From Verrucomicrobiaceae bacterium (GTDB lineage: Bacteria > Verrucomicrobiota > Verrucomicrobiia > Verrucomicrobiales > Akkermansiaceae): a stretch of DNA of 64,000 bases. A program made the translations under genes and the position numbers. Below the pieces are notes generated by a model. The model searched no databases and was not told the DNA's origin. It saw nothing but the letters and a program-made list of their open reading frames with translations. The first letter of the stretch is position 1. Each line of letters starts with the position of its first letter. Positions 30,434 to 39,546 of the stretch are shown in pieces. The DNA lies in the NCBI GenBank assembly GCA_051252135.1, contig JBPOGH010000004.1, positions 32,001-96,000 of the forward strand. The letters are read 5' to 3'.

Positions 30434-31573
30434 ATGAGTATTAGGTTTAGGGCATTAGGCATCATGGCATTCTCTGTTGGGTTGGTTGCGCTCGTTTACT
30501 ATGGAGGCAACTTGAGAAATGAGGGGGATGGTGCTCCCCAATCTGGTGATAAAGGAAGAGAGGTTCCTCAAGTTGTCGTGAATCAGAAGGTTTCCGAAAA
30601 TTCTAAAATAGGTGGGTCGCATGAAAGAATAGGCAGCCCAAAGAATAGTGTTCGACAGTGGAGTGTTAAGGAGATTGGAGGATTTGATGTGGTTGCTTGT
30701 GAGGAAGGGATTGCTGAAGCGCTTGAAAACCTGGAAGGTGATGAAGAACGGAGGGTGCTAGGGCGTCTATTTAAGCGCCTTGGTGAAATTAGTCCTGCGG
30801 CGGCGATTGCGCGCCTCGAATTGATTCCATATGGTGAGACCCGGCAGAGGGTGTTGGAATCGACCTTTTGGGGAATTGTCAAAAATGGGGAGATTAAGGG
30901 GCTGGAGATGGTTGAGGTGCTTGAAATGGATGAAGAGAAGAAGCGAGCCCGGGCGATTGTGGTGGATCAGCTTTATCGGCGATCGAGTCGTGAGGTTGCG
31001 AATCTCATTAACGAGATTGGTCGAGCTGATGTGTCTATTCGGCTCGCTGTTATCAACGCACTTGGGGTTTCAGCGGGAAGAGAAGGTCTCAGTTGGAATG
31101 AGTTTAAAGATAAACTCCAGGTGATTGATCCTGAGGATCAACATTTGGCTTCCGATAAATGGATTTCATCCCGAGTAAGTGAAAACATTGGAAAACTGGT
31201 TGAAGAGATTGATGCTGGAAATATTCCTTCCGAAGTGATCGAGCCAAAGCTGCCTGAGGTAGCCCTAACCTATGCGCAGCAGAAGCCCAGAAGCGCCAGT
31301 GAATGGCTGAGTACGTTTCCAGATTCGGATTCCAGGAATCTAGCGATTAAGGCGAGTGTAGGGATGTGGCTGGCTCAAAATACAGAAGAAGCAGGTATCT
31401 GGGTCAATGATCTTCCAGAGGGGTCAGCAAAGGATTATTCTCGGCTTGCTTTGGTAGGATACCTTGCGAAGGAGAAAGATTTTGAATTTGCCAAAGAGTG
31501 GGCTTCCGCAATCAGAGATGAGGAAGTAAAGCGGCGTGCTCAGGCAGAATTAGAAATCTATTCGGGGAATTAA
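30434..31573 (+). CDS. Hypothetical membrane-anchored helical-repeat protein (distant paralog of 28974-29987)
   Basis: N-terminal TM. C-terminus W...N.EEAGIWVNDLPEG..K..S...VGYL...AKEW. Less GC-rich. Confidence 0.75.
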   Translation: MSIRFRALGIMAFSVGLVALVYYGGNLRNEGDGAPQSGDKGREVPQVVVNQKVSENSKIGGSHERIGSPKNSVRQWSVKEIGGFDVVACEEGIAEALENLEGDEERRVLGRLFKRLGEISPAAAIARLELIPYGETRQRVLESTFWGIVKNGEIKGLEMVEVLEMDEEKKRARAIVVDQLYRRSSREVANLINEIGRADVSIRLAVINALGVSAGREGLSWNEFKDKLQVIDPEDQHLASDKWISSRVSENIGKLVEEIDAGNIPSEVIEPKLPEVALTYAQQKPRSASEWLSTFPDSDSRNLAIKASVGMWLAQNTEEAGIWVNDLPEGSAKDYSRLALVGYLAKEKDFEFAKEWASAIRDEEVKRRAQAELEIYSGN

Positions 31574-31584
31574 GGGGGGGATTA

Positions 31585-31638
31585 GGAATTGGGAATTGGG
31601 AATTGGGAATTGGGAATTGGGAATTGCTGGGTTGGGGG
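31585..31638. repeat. Tandem GGAATTG heptamer (~6 copies) followed by a linker variant
   Basis: ggaattgggaattgggaattgggaattgggaattgggaattg then ctgggttggggg. Confidence 0.9.
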
Positions 31639-31737
31639 CGAGGGCGTGGATTTTACGAATTGGGGTTATCTTGGTGGGGGGTGCTTGAGGGGTGGGTCGT
31701 GCTTGATTGAGGGGGGGAGTTGTTTCATCTTGTGGGG

Positions 31738-33180
31738 ATGTTTGGTTTGGTTCGCTTGTTGGTTTTGGTTGCTCTGGTGGGTGGTGGTGCGTGGGGTGAG
31801 GTGCGGGACGGGCTTTGGAACGGGAAGCCGCTGAGCGAGGAGGTGGTGATGGAGGGGGTGAGGACGGGGGATGCGGAGGCGTTGGCGGAGTGGGCTTATT
31901 GGGCGCGGGTGGGTTGGGGAGGGGTGGGGCCGGATGAGGGGGCGGTGTTTTTTGCGGCGGCGAGATCGGCAGCGATGGGGAGTGCTTACGGGAAGGCGAT
32001 TTTGTCGCGTTGTTATTTGGTAGGGCAGGGGGTGGGGAAGGATGAGGTGCGTGGGTTGGCGTTGGCGCGGGAGTCGGCGGAGGCGGGGCATCCTTTGGGG
32101 ATGAAGAATCTGGCGAATTGTTATTTGGCGGGAGCGGGCGGGCTGGAGGCGGACTTTGAAAAGGGGCTGGCGCTGACGGAGGAGGCGGCGGGATTGGGGT
32201 GTGTGGTTGCGCGGGAGAATTTGATGAAGGCGCATTTTTACGGGAAGTGGGGGATGAAGGTGGACCAGGCGGAAGGGGTGCGGCGGGCGGTGGAGATCGT
32301 GCGTGATGGGCAGGGGATTGAGGCGGCGTTTTTGATCGCGCGGTATCATCGGGACAACCGGAGGGACCGGAGGCTGACGGAGGAGGTGCTGATGCAGGTG
32401 TGGCGTCGGATCGAGAGGTCATCGGATGCGGGAGGGGTGGAGGCGATGGCGAGGATGGGGCGGTATTTGTGTGAGACGGAGCGGGATGAGGAGGGGGTTC
32501 CGTTGATTTTGAAGGCGGCGGGGAAGCCGCATCATTTTGCGTCAGCGATCGCGTTTGATTACGCGAGCGGGGGGACGTTTTCGCGCGGGGCGGGGACGGT
32601 GGGGGAGTATGCGACGGTGTATCGATTTGCGCGGGATGCCTATGAATCGGGAAACGAGCATGAGAATATTTTGGCGAGTTTGGCGGAGTCTTTTTTCCAT
32701 CAGTGGGGAGAGGGGGAGCCGAGTGCGGTGAAGGCGGAGCCTTTTGTGAGGAAGCTGGCGGTGAAGAAGGGGAGACGGGCGGATGAGATGCTGGGGAGGC
32801 TTTATGTGTTGCCGGGAGCGAATCCGTTTCGGGATCAGGCGCGCGGGGTGGCGCATTTGGTGTTGGGGGTGCGGAGGAATTCGGGAATTGTGGATGCCCT
32901 GATCGAGGCGCATCTGACGGGGCCGGAGGAGGAGCGGGATCTGGTGCGGGGTTATGCTCTGGCGGCGAGGCAGGGATTTTTGCGCGGGCTTTCGGTGGCG
33001 AGGCGAAAGGAGATGGAGGCGCTTGGGGAGGCGGCGAAGGAGAAGATGACTCCGGAGGAAATTACGGAGGCGGAGGGGCTGATGAGGCGCAATTTTCCGC
33101 TGGCGGAGGAATTCCAGAAGGAGGCGGCGAAGTTCCTGGAGCGCTATGCCGAAAGTGAGGACGGAACGGTGAAGCCTTAG
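31738..33180 (+). CDS. Secreted Sel1-like repeat protein
   Basis: Signal peptide, CYLVGQGVGKD...AE.G...MKNLANCY..G.GG...D..KG Sel1 repeats. Confidence 0.85.
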   Translation: MFGLVRLLVLVALVGGGAWGEVRDGLWNGKPLSEEVVMEGVRTGDAEALAEWAYWARVGWGGVGPDEGAVFFAAARSAAMGSAYGKAILSRCYLVGQGVGKDEVRGLALARESAEAGHPLGMKNLANCYLAGAGGLEADFEKGLALTEEAAGLGCVVARENLMKAHFYGKWGMKVDQAEGVRRAVEIVRDGQGIEAAFLIARYHRDNRRDRRLTEEVLMQVWRRIERSSDAGGVEAMARMGRYLCETERDEEGVPLILKAAGKPHHFASAIAFDYASGGTFSRGAGTVGEYATVYRFARDAYESGNEHENILASLAESFFHQWGEGEPSAVKAEPFVRKLAVKKGRRADEMLGRLYVLPGANPFRDQARGVAHLVLGVRRNSGIVDALIEAHLTGPEEERDLVRGYALAARQGFLRGLSVARRKEMEALGEAAKEKMTPEEITEAEGLMRRNFPLAEEFQKEAAKFLERYAESEDGTVKP

Positions 33181-33857
33181 TTTGCGAGGTCGTCCGAGGA
33201 GAAGGAGCTGAGCCAGGTGCGGAATTCTTTTTCGCTGAAGCGGCTTTCGAGTCCGAGGTCCGTGCGGACCATGGGGGCGAGGGTGCGCTCGACGGTTTCG
33301 TTTTTTTGCTCCAGAGAAAGGGCTTCGGGGGTGTCGCTGAAGCGGATCTTGAAGGTGGTTTGGGTGCCGGGTTTGAGGCGGGCGAGGCGGCGCATGAGGG
33401 CGTTGCGGGAGTCGAGGCCGTTGGTGGGGACGCCATTGCAGGCGATGATGACGTCGCCCTCCTTGAAGCCGGCTTTTTCGGCGGGGGTGTCGGGGGCGAC
33501 CTGGAGGACGAGGGGCCAGGAGGTGACTTCTTTTCCGTTGTGATCGAGGAACCAGCCGAGGACGAAGCCGAAGACGCCCTGGCCTTCGGTGATGACGTGG
33601 GTGCGGTAGAGGGACTCGAGGATGTGGCGGGCGCGGGCGCGGATTTCGGGGTCGTCGTTGGTGCGGAAGACGGGGAGGAGTTGGTCGACGAGGTCGCGGT
33701 AGTCCCCGGGTGCGAGGTTGAGGATGTTCTCAATGGCGGCGTCGCGATCGGAGGAGGAGCCATCTCCGAGCCGGGCGATGAGTTGGTCGAGGTTCTGATC
33801 CTGCGCGGGAAGGAATCCGGGCAGAACCAGAGTAAGGCAGAGAAGCCAGCGCAGCAT
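33177..33857 (-). CDS. Secreted PDZ-domain protein with N-terminal HEAT-like helices
   Basis: Signal peptide, DPEIRARA, GVFGF, V.PDTPAEKAGFKEGDVI..NG. Confidence 0.85.
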   Translation of the reverse strand: MLRWLLCLTLVLPGFLPAQDQNLDQLIARLGDGSSSDRDAAIENILNLAPGDYRDLVDQLLPVFRTNDDPEIRARARHILESLYRTHVITEGQGVFGFVLGWFLDHNGKEVTSWPLVLQVAPDTPAEKAGFKEGDVIIACNGVPTNGLDSRNALMRRLARLKPGTQTTFKIRFSDTPEALSLEQKNETVERTLAPMVRTDLGLESRFSEKEFRTWLSSFSSDDLAN

Positions 33858-34014
33858 GACGGGACGGTATGATTCGGGGAGAGGGAGACCAAGGAGAGAA
33901 ATCCAAAATTCCAGAATGAGACGGGGGAGTGTGGTTGGGTGGGAGATTGGGTTTTTGCGGGGTGGGTGGAATATCTTTGCTTCCGCTGCTCTTTTGAGGA
34001 GTCTTGTTCGCGTC

Positions 34015-37000
34015 GTGAGAAATCTGAGGCTCTTCCCCCTGCTTGCATTGATGTGTTCGTTTGTATCTGCGCAGAGCGTAGTGAGCTCATTGAATCAGTT
34101 GATTCCGTATCTGGATGATGACAATGCCAATGTGGTGATGACGCCGGGGACCTATCGGATCACTCCGGCGGATGTGACGTCGGGGTTGTTTCCGAGTACG
34201 CCTTTGTTGAATTTTAGTGGCCACAACAGCACCTTTGATTTTTCGGGGGTGACCATTGAGGTTGAGACGGAAGTGTTTCGATCATTTGGGAATGTCGATG
34301 TGGTTGAGGTCGGAGTCTTTGGAGAGGATTTGGTGTTAAAGAATCTCACGCTGATTGATATCGGGACGGCCCGGCCGCAGAGGACTGCGCTGGGGATGGT
34401 GTTGGACGGAAGGAGGAATCGGGTTGAGGGGTTCAGCCAGACGATTCGCGGTTCGTATCCCTACGGATACGGCGACATTTTCGGGAAGGGGGCGGGGTAT
34501 GTGGTCAAGCATTTCAAGCATTCGGCGATTTTGGTGCGGGGGGATAGCAACCATCTGTTGAATTGTGATGTTTTTCATCGGGCCTACGGGCACGGGATTT
34601 TTTGTCAAGGGTCGCTCGATGCCGTTATTGAGGGGTGTTACGTGGAGGGTGAGATGCGGTCGAGCGACGAGGTTCTTGCCGAGGCGGGGACGGGCACTCA
34701 TGCCGATGTGGTGAATTTTGAGACCGACTGGGCGGCGGATCCGGTGGGCGATCCGACGGGTCCCGGCTACACTCTTCAGGCGGGGTGGATGTTTAGTTTA
34801 CAGGAGGATGGCATCCGGGCCTACAATACGGGGCCGGATCCTGACGGGGTGACGCGGAACACGCGGAACCTTCAGGTGATTGATTGCACGGTGAAGAACA
34901 TGCGTTCGGGGGTGACGATCGGATTCTGTGACAATACGAAGTACGTCGAAGGGTGTGTTTCCCTGGGGTGTGAGAATGGTTTCTGGGTGGGGACGGAGGG
35001 GCAGATAGTTGAATGTGCCGGGGATGCGCAGTTTGGGCCGCTTTTGGAGAACAACTATCAGAATGATCGGGATAGCGTGGTGGACTTGACGGTTTTGGAT
35101 TCCGGGGCGGTTTATGGGGATCATCCCTTGGCCTATATCGGGGGGAACGGCCACAACATCACCCTTCGGCAGCCGGCTGCGAGTGTGAATCAGAATTTGG
35201 AGATCATGGTGAACGGGATTCGGCAGGGGCTGCGGCAGTTTGCGGTGAATCCGCAGTACAATGATTTTTCCTCGAACAATGTGGTGTTGAATAATCTGAC
35301 AAACTACCCGGTGGTGCTGGGGGCGAAGAGTACGGGGACGAGTGGCCAATCCGGGGGGATGGTGACGGATAATGGCACGAGCAATGGTTTGTCTTCGGCT
35401 ACCATCAGTGGATGCGGTGGGTTTTCGATTGGCAAGACCATAGAGGCGGAGGATTTTTGCGGACAAAGCGGGGTGGTGGTGGAGTCCGGGGGTGGAGGGA
35501 TTATGAGCGTGGGGATGATTGAGGACGGGGACTGGATCAGGTTTGATGATGTCTTTTTTGGAGTTGGGCCCGACCGGGTTGAAGCGCGGGTGGCGGGTGG
35601 CACTGGCGGAGGGACGATTGAGGTTCGGCTTGGTGGGGTGTCAGGGACGTTGATTGGGACATGCGAGGTGGCGGGAAGCGCGGTCGGGGAGACGTGGGTG
35701 ACGCGGTCGGCTGAGTTGACCGAGGTGCAGGGGCTGCATGACCTTTATTTGGTGTTTACCGGGGAGTCGGGGGTATTGCTAAATCTTGATTCGTTGGTGT
35801 TGGGCCATGGGCAGAGTGATGCGGCGAGCCGGAAGGCGGAGTCCTTGGTGGGGTGTTGGAAATTTGATGAGGGTGCCGGGCTCAGCGGGTTGGATTCTTC
35901 CGGGATGGGTCATCATGGGACCTTGACGTCGGCGAGTTGGGTGCCGGGCTATGCGGAGACGGCGTTGGATTTTGATGGTGGGGGGGACAAGGTTTCTGTT
36001 CCGAGTGCGGCGTTTTCGGATATCGACAATGAAGTCACGATTGCGATGTGGGTTTACGGGGCGCCATCGCAGCCCCTGGAGGATTCGGTTTTTTACGCGG
36101 AGAATTCTTCAAATGGCCGGGTGTTCAATATTCATCTGCCTTATTCCAATTCCAGCGTTTACTGGGATGCCGGTAATTCGGGTGGCTATGACCGGATTCA
36201 GAAGGCCGCAGCGGTGAGTCAGTTTGAGGGGCAGTGGAATCACTGGGTGTTCACGAAGAATGCGACCGAGGGAACGATGAAGGCCTATCACAACGGGGTC
36301 CTGTTCATGGCGGGGATTGGGGAAACCCGCCCGATGGACGGAGTCGATGAGGCGACCATCGGTGGCCGGATCGGAAACTCGAGTTACAGCGGCATGATTG
36401 ATGAGGTGAAGCTTTATCGCATGGCCCTGACTGAGAGCGAGGTCGGTTCGCTTTATGAAGGGTATGCTTTGAATACTCCTCCGGTTGCGATGCCGGCGAG
36501 TTTGACGATGAGGAGTGGCACGGTGGCGGATATCACGCTGACGGTTTCCGATGAGATTGGTGATTCGCTGACCTACACCGTGGTGAGCGGGCCTGCCAAC
36601 GGGGTCTTGAGCGGGACTGCTCCAAATTTGAGTTACACTCCAGGGGCTTCTTTTTCGGGGAATGACAGCTTTAGTTATCAGGCGAATGACGGGACGTATG
36701 ACAGTAATACGGCGACTGTTTCGATCACGGTGTGGGAGGGGCAGCTTTTGGCCCATTGGGCTTTGAATGAGACGAGCGGAACATCGGTGATGGACTCCTC
36801 GGGCAATGGGCATCATGGCACCTTGGTGTCGGGAAGTTGGGTGGATGGCATCGACCGGGGGGCATTGGATTTTGTTGGGGGGAATACGGGAGTTTCTCTT
36901 CCGGCCTCGGCCTTTGCGGGGATTTCAGATCAGGTTACCCTTTCAATGTGGGCGTTTGGTGATGCGGCTCTGCCTCAGGATACCTCGGTCTTTTACGCGG

Positions 37001-37758
37001 TAAATTCAGCGAACGATCGCGTTCTCAACGTCCATCTCCCGTGGAGTAACTCGAAAGTGTATTGGGATGCCGGAAGTGACGCGGGATATGATCGCATTTT
37101 GAAAGATGCGACCCCGGCGGAAATCAAGGGGCAGTGGAATCATTGGGTTTTCAGTAAGGATGCTTCGTCCGGAGTGATGAAGATCCATCTTAATGGGGTG
37201 CTTTGGAGTAGTGGGTCGGATAAGTCGCGATTGATCTCGGGAATCACGGCGGCGACTATCGGGAGTCAGATTTCCGGGGTCGGTTATCAGGGGATGGTGG
37301 ATGAAGTGAAGTTGTTCAATTACGCGATGACGGATGTGGAGGTGGGGGCCCTTTATCAGAGCAGTCCTTTTGTCTTCTGGGTGGGGAGTTTTGCAGGGCT
37401 GAGTGACTCGTCGTGGGGTGGTGATCCGGACAAGGACAACATTGCGACCGGGATGGAGTATGTCTTGAATGGTGATCCGGGGGTGACCGATTACACCATT
37501 CTTCCGATGATGGCGGGATCGGGGAATGATTACGTGTGCACCTTCACCCGGCGGGCGGAGTCGGCCCAGGATACGGTTCAGATTTTCGAGTATTCTCCGA
37601 CTCTTGATGGAGTGTGGACGGAGGTGAATATTACCGGCACGCCGGATCCGGAGGTGACGATCGGGCCGGAAGTGAATGGTCTGGAGACGGTGACGGTGAC
37701 GATCAGTAATGCGCTGACGACCTATGACCGGCTCTTTGGTCGGCTCCGGGTGGAGTGA
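34015..37758 (+). CDS. Large secreted modular carbohydrate-active protein: beta-helix domain, CBM6-like, LamG, Ig-like (Big_9), LamG, C-terminal domain
   Basis: Beta-helix-like N-terminal region, IEAEDF...IEDGDWIRF..V.FG (CBM6), two W.F/L.E..G...DSSG.GHHG LamG domains, P.NG.LSGTAPNL.YTP...G.DSF.Y..NDG. Start GTG 34015 is approximate. Confidence 0.8.
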   Translation: MRNLRLFPLLALMCSFVSAQSVVSSLNQLIPYLDDDNANVVMTPGTYRITPADVTSGLFPSTPLLNFSGHNSTFDFSGVTIEVETEVFRSFGNVDVVEVGVFGEDLVLKNLTLIDIGTARPQRTALGMVLDGRRNRVEGFSQTIRGSYPYGYGDIFGKGAGYVVKHFKHSAILVRGDSNHLLNCDVFHRAYGHGIFCQGSLDAVIEGCYVEGEMRSSDEVLAEAGTGTHADVVNFETDWAADPVGDPTGPGYTLQAGWMFSLQEDGIRAYNTGPDPDGVTRNTRNLQVIDCTVKNMRSGVTIGFCDNTKYVEGCVSLGCENGFWVGTEGQIVECAGDAQFGPLLENNYQNDRDSVVDLTVLDSGAVYGDHPLAYIGGNGHNITLRQPAASVNQNLEIMVNGIRQGLRQFAVNPQYNDFSSNNVVLNNLTNYPVVLGAKSTGTSGQSGGMVTDNGTSNGLSSATISGCGGFSIGKTIEAEDFCGQSGVVVESGGGGIMSVGMIEDGDWIRFDDVFFGVGPDRVEARVAGGTGGGTIEVRLGGVSGTLIGTCEVAGSAVGETWVTRSAELTEVQGLHDLYLVFTGESGVLLNLDSLVLGHGQSDAASRKAESLVGCWKFDEGAGLSGLDSSGMGHHGTLTSASWVPGYAETALDFDGGGDKVSVPSAAFSDIDNEVTIAMWVYGAPSQPLEDSVFYAENSSNGRVFNIHLPYSNSSVYWDAGNSGGYDRIQKAAAVSQFEGQWNHWVFTKNATEGTMKAYHNGVLFMAGIGETRPMDGVDEATIGGRIGNSSYSGMIDEVKLYRMALTESEVGSLYEGYALNTPPVAMPASLTMRSGTVADITLTVSDEIGDSLTYTVVSGPANGVLSGTAPNLSYTPGASFSGNDSFSYQANDGTYDSNTATVSITVWEGQLLAHWALNETSGTSVMDSSGNGHHGTLVSGSWVDGIDRGALDFVGGNTGVSLPASAFAGISDQVTLSMWAFGDAALPQDTSVFYAVNSANDRVLNVHLPWSNSKVYWDAGSDAGYDRILKDATPAEIKGQWNHWVFSKDASSGVMKIHLNGVLWSSGSDKSRLISGITAATIGSQISGVGYQGMVDEVKLFNYAMTDVEVGALYQSSPFVFWVGSFAGLSDSSWGGDPDKDNIATGMEYVLNGDPGVTDYTILPMMAGSGNDYVCTFTRRAESAQDTVQIFEYSPTLDGVWTEVNITGTPDPEVTIGPEVNGLETVTVTISNALTTYDRLFGRLRVE

Positions 37759-37810
37759 GATGAAGGTTGATAGGCGGCCGGAATGGAAAGCCCACTGTGG
37801 CCTTTAAGAT

Positions 37811-37842
37811 AAAAGCAGCGGCCCGGGTGGGGCGTTGCTTTT
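37811..37842 (+). terminator. Probable intrinsic terminator
   Basis: AAAAGCAGCG...CGTTGCTTTT imperfect stem downstream of the large gene. Confidence 0.55.
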
Positions 37843-37913
37843 GAGGAGGTTGAGAGCCTGAGACGGAGGAGTGTGGTGTCGACTTGTGGGGGGGAGTTTG
37901 TTTTGGTGGGTGG

Positions 37914-38561
37914 ATGAGGCGGATGTTGTTGATTTTTTGGTTGATGGCAGGGTTGCCGGTGATGGCTGAGGAGCGGGATATTTCGGGGGATGCGGCGGCC
38001 TTGCATGGGCGTGGGGTGGAGTTGTTTTTTGCAGGGAAGCTGAAGGAAGCGGTGGTGGATTGGGATCGGGCGATTGCGCTGCAGCCGCGGCGCGGGCCGC
38101 ATCATTGGCAGCGGGGATTGGCGCTTTATTATTTGGGGGAATACGACAAGGGGGTGGCGCAGTTTGAGAGTCACCAGAAGGTGAATGGGAACGATGTGGA
38201 GAATGCGGCGTGGCATTTTCTCTGTGTGGTGCGCGGGACGGATGGATCGGTGGAGAAGGCGCGGGAGAAGTTGATTCCGATCAAGGGCGATTCGCGGGTG
38301 CCGATGAAAGAGATTCACGCTCTTTTCGGAGGAAAGGGGACAGCGGAGGTGGTGCTGGCGGCGGCGAGGAAGGATGCGGAGGGGCTGCAGCTGAGGAATC
38401 AGCTGTGCTACGCGCACCTTTATCTGGGGCTCTATTTTGAGGTGCTGGGTGAGAAGGAGAAGTCAGCGGGGCATATCAAGAAGTCGGCGGTGGACTTTAA
38501 GATGGATCACTACATGGGGAAAGTGGCGCAGGTTCACTTCAAGCTGCGGCAGGGGAAGTGA
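37914..38561 (+). CDS. Secreted TPR protein (NlpI-like)
   Basis: RG..LFF.G..KEAV.DWD.AI.L.P, WQRGLALYY, NDVENAAW.FLC, YAHLYLGLY.E. Confidence 0.82.
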   Translation: MRRMLLIFWLMAGLPVMAEERDISGDAAALHGRGVELFFAGKLKEAVVDWDRAIALQPRRGPHHWQRGLALYYLGEYDKGVAQFESHQKVNGNDVENAAWHFLCVVRGTDGSVEKAREKLIPIKGDSRVPMKEIHALFGGKGTAEVVLAAARKDAEGLQLRNQLCYAHLYLGLYFEVLGEKEKSAGHIKKSAVDFKMDHYMGKVAQVHFKLRQGK

Positions 38562-38640
38562 GTGATGGGGTTGTTGAGCGGGGGTGAGATAAACGCGCTC
38601 ACAGGTGGACTTGTGTCCGTGGTTCTGCTTTCTTCCCGAC

Positions 38641-39546
38641 GTGTCTGCTTCGTCTACCACTCCTGTTTATGTCTGCGGGCCGATGGCCTCCGGCAAAGCC
38701 AATCTTGCAACTTCACTGGCGAAGGAGCTCGATGGCGAGATCGTGAACGCCGATGTGGCGAAGGCTTATCGTGGGCTGGAGATCCTCAGCGCAGTCCCTT
38801 CCGCGGAGCAGATGGCTCAGGCGCCGCATCATTTATACAGTGTTCTTGATGCGACCGAGGTTTGTGATCCGTTGGCATTTCGGAATCTGGCGCTTCCGGT
38901 GATTGAGGAGATTCAGTCGCGGGGGAAGTGTCCGATCATTGTGGGTGGGAGTGGCGTTTATTTGAAGACTTTGACTCATGGGCCGTCGACGCTTCCCGAG
39001 CGGGATGACGCGTTGCGGAAGAAGTTTGAGGACCGGAACAATGAGGACCTTGCGGAAGAGTTGAAGTCGCTCGATCCCGAGGGGGCGGCGGCGACGGATC
39101 TGAAGAACCGGCGTTATTTGATTCGGGCGCTGGAGATTTGTTTGCTTACGGGACAGAAAATGTCGGTTTTGAAGCAGGAGCAGTTTGAGAGATTTGATGA
39201 GATTACGCAGTCGCTGCGGGGTCTTTATTTGCTGTGGGATAATGACAACAGCAAGCAGCGGATTAGTTCACGGACGATGCAGATTCTTGAAAAGGGTGGC
39301 ATTGATGAGGTTAAGAATTTGCGGGAGAGCGCGTCGGAGACTTGCCGGAAGACGATTGGGTTTTCGGAGATTGAGGAGCACCTCGATGGGAAGTTTACGC
39401 TGAAGGAGTGCCACAAGGGATTCCACACGAGCACGCGACGGACGGCGAAGACGCAACGTGCGTGGTTGAAGAAAGAGGCGTGGCTGAAGGATGTGGCGTG
39501 TCCGTTTGCCTTTGATGCGAAGGTGAGTTCGTTTTTGGAGAGCTAG
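38641..39546 (+). CDS. miaA: tRNA dimethylallyltransferase-like protein with degenerate motifs
   Basis: MiaA motif order retained (GP.ASGK, NAD...YRGL, PHHL, IVGGSG.Y, RALE, IGF.E, TR..AK.Q..W) but several conserved residues altered. Start uncertain. Confidence 0.7.
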   Translation: MSASSTTPVYVCGPMASGKANLATSLAKELDGEIVNADVAKAYRGLEILSAVPSAEQMAQAPHHLYSVLDATEVCDPLAFRNLALPVIEEIQSRGKCPIIVGGSGVYLKTLTHGPSTLPERDDALRKKFEDRNNEDLAEELKSLDPEGAAATDLKNRRYLIRALEICLLTGQKMSVLKQEQFERFDEITQSLRGLYLLWDNDNSKQRISSRTMQILEKGGIDEVKNLRESASETCRKTIGFSEIEEHLDGKFTLKECHKGFHTSTRRTAKTQRAWLKKEAWLKDVACPFAFDAKVSSFLES

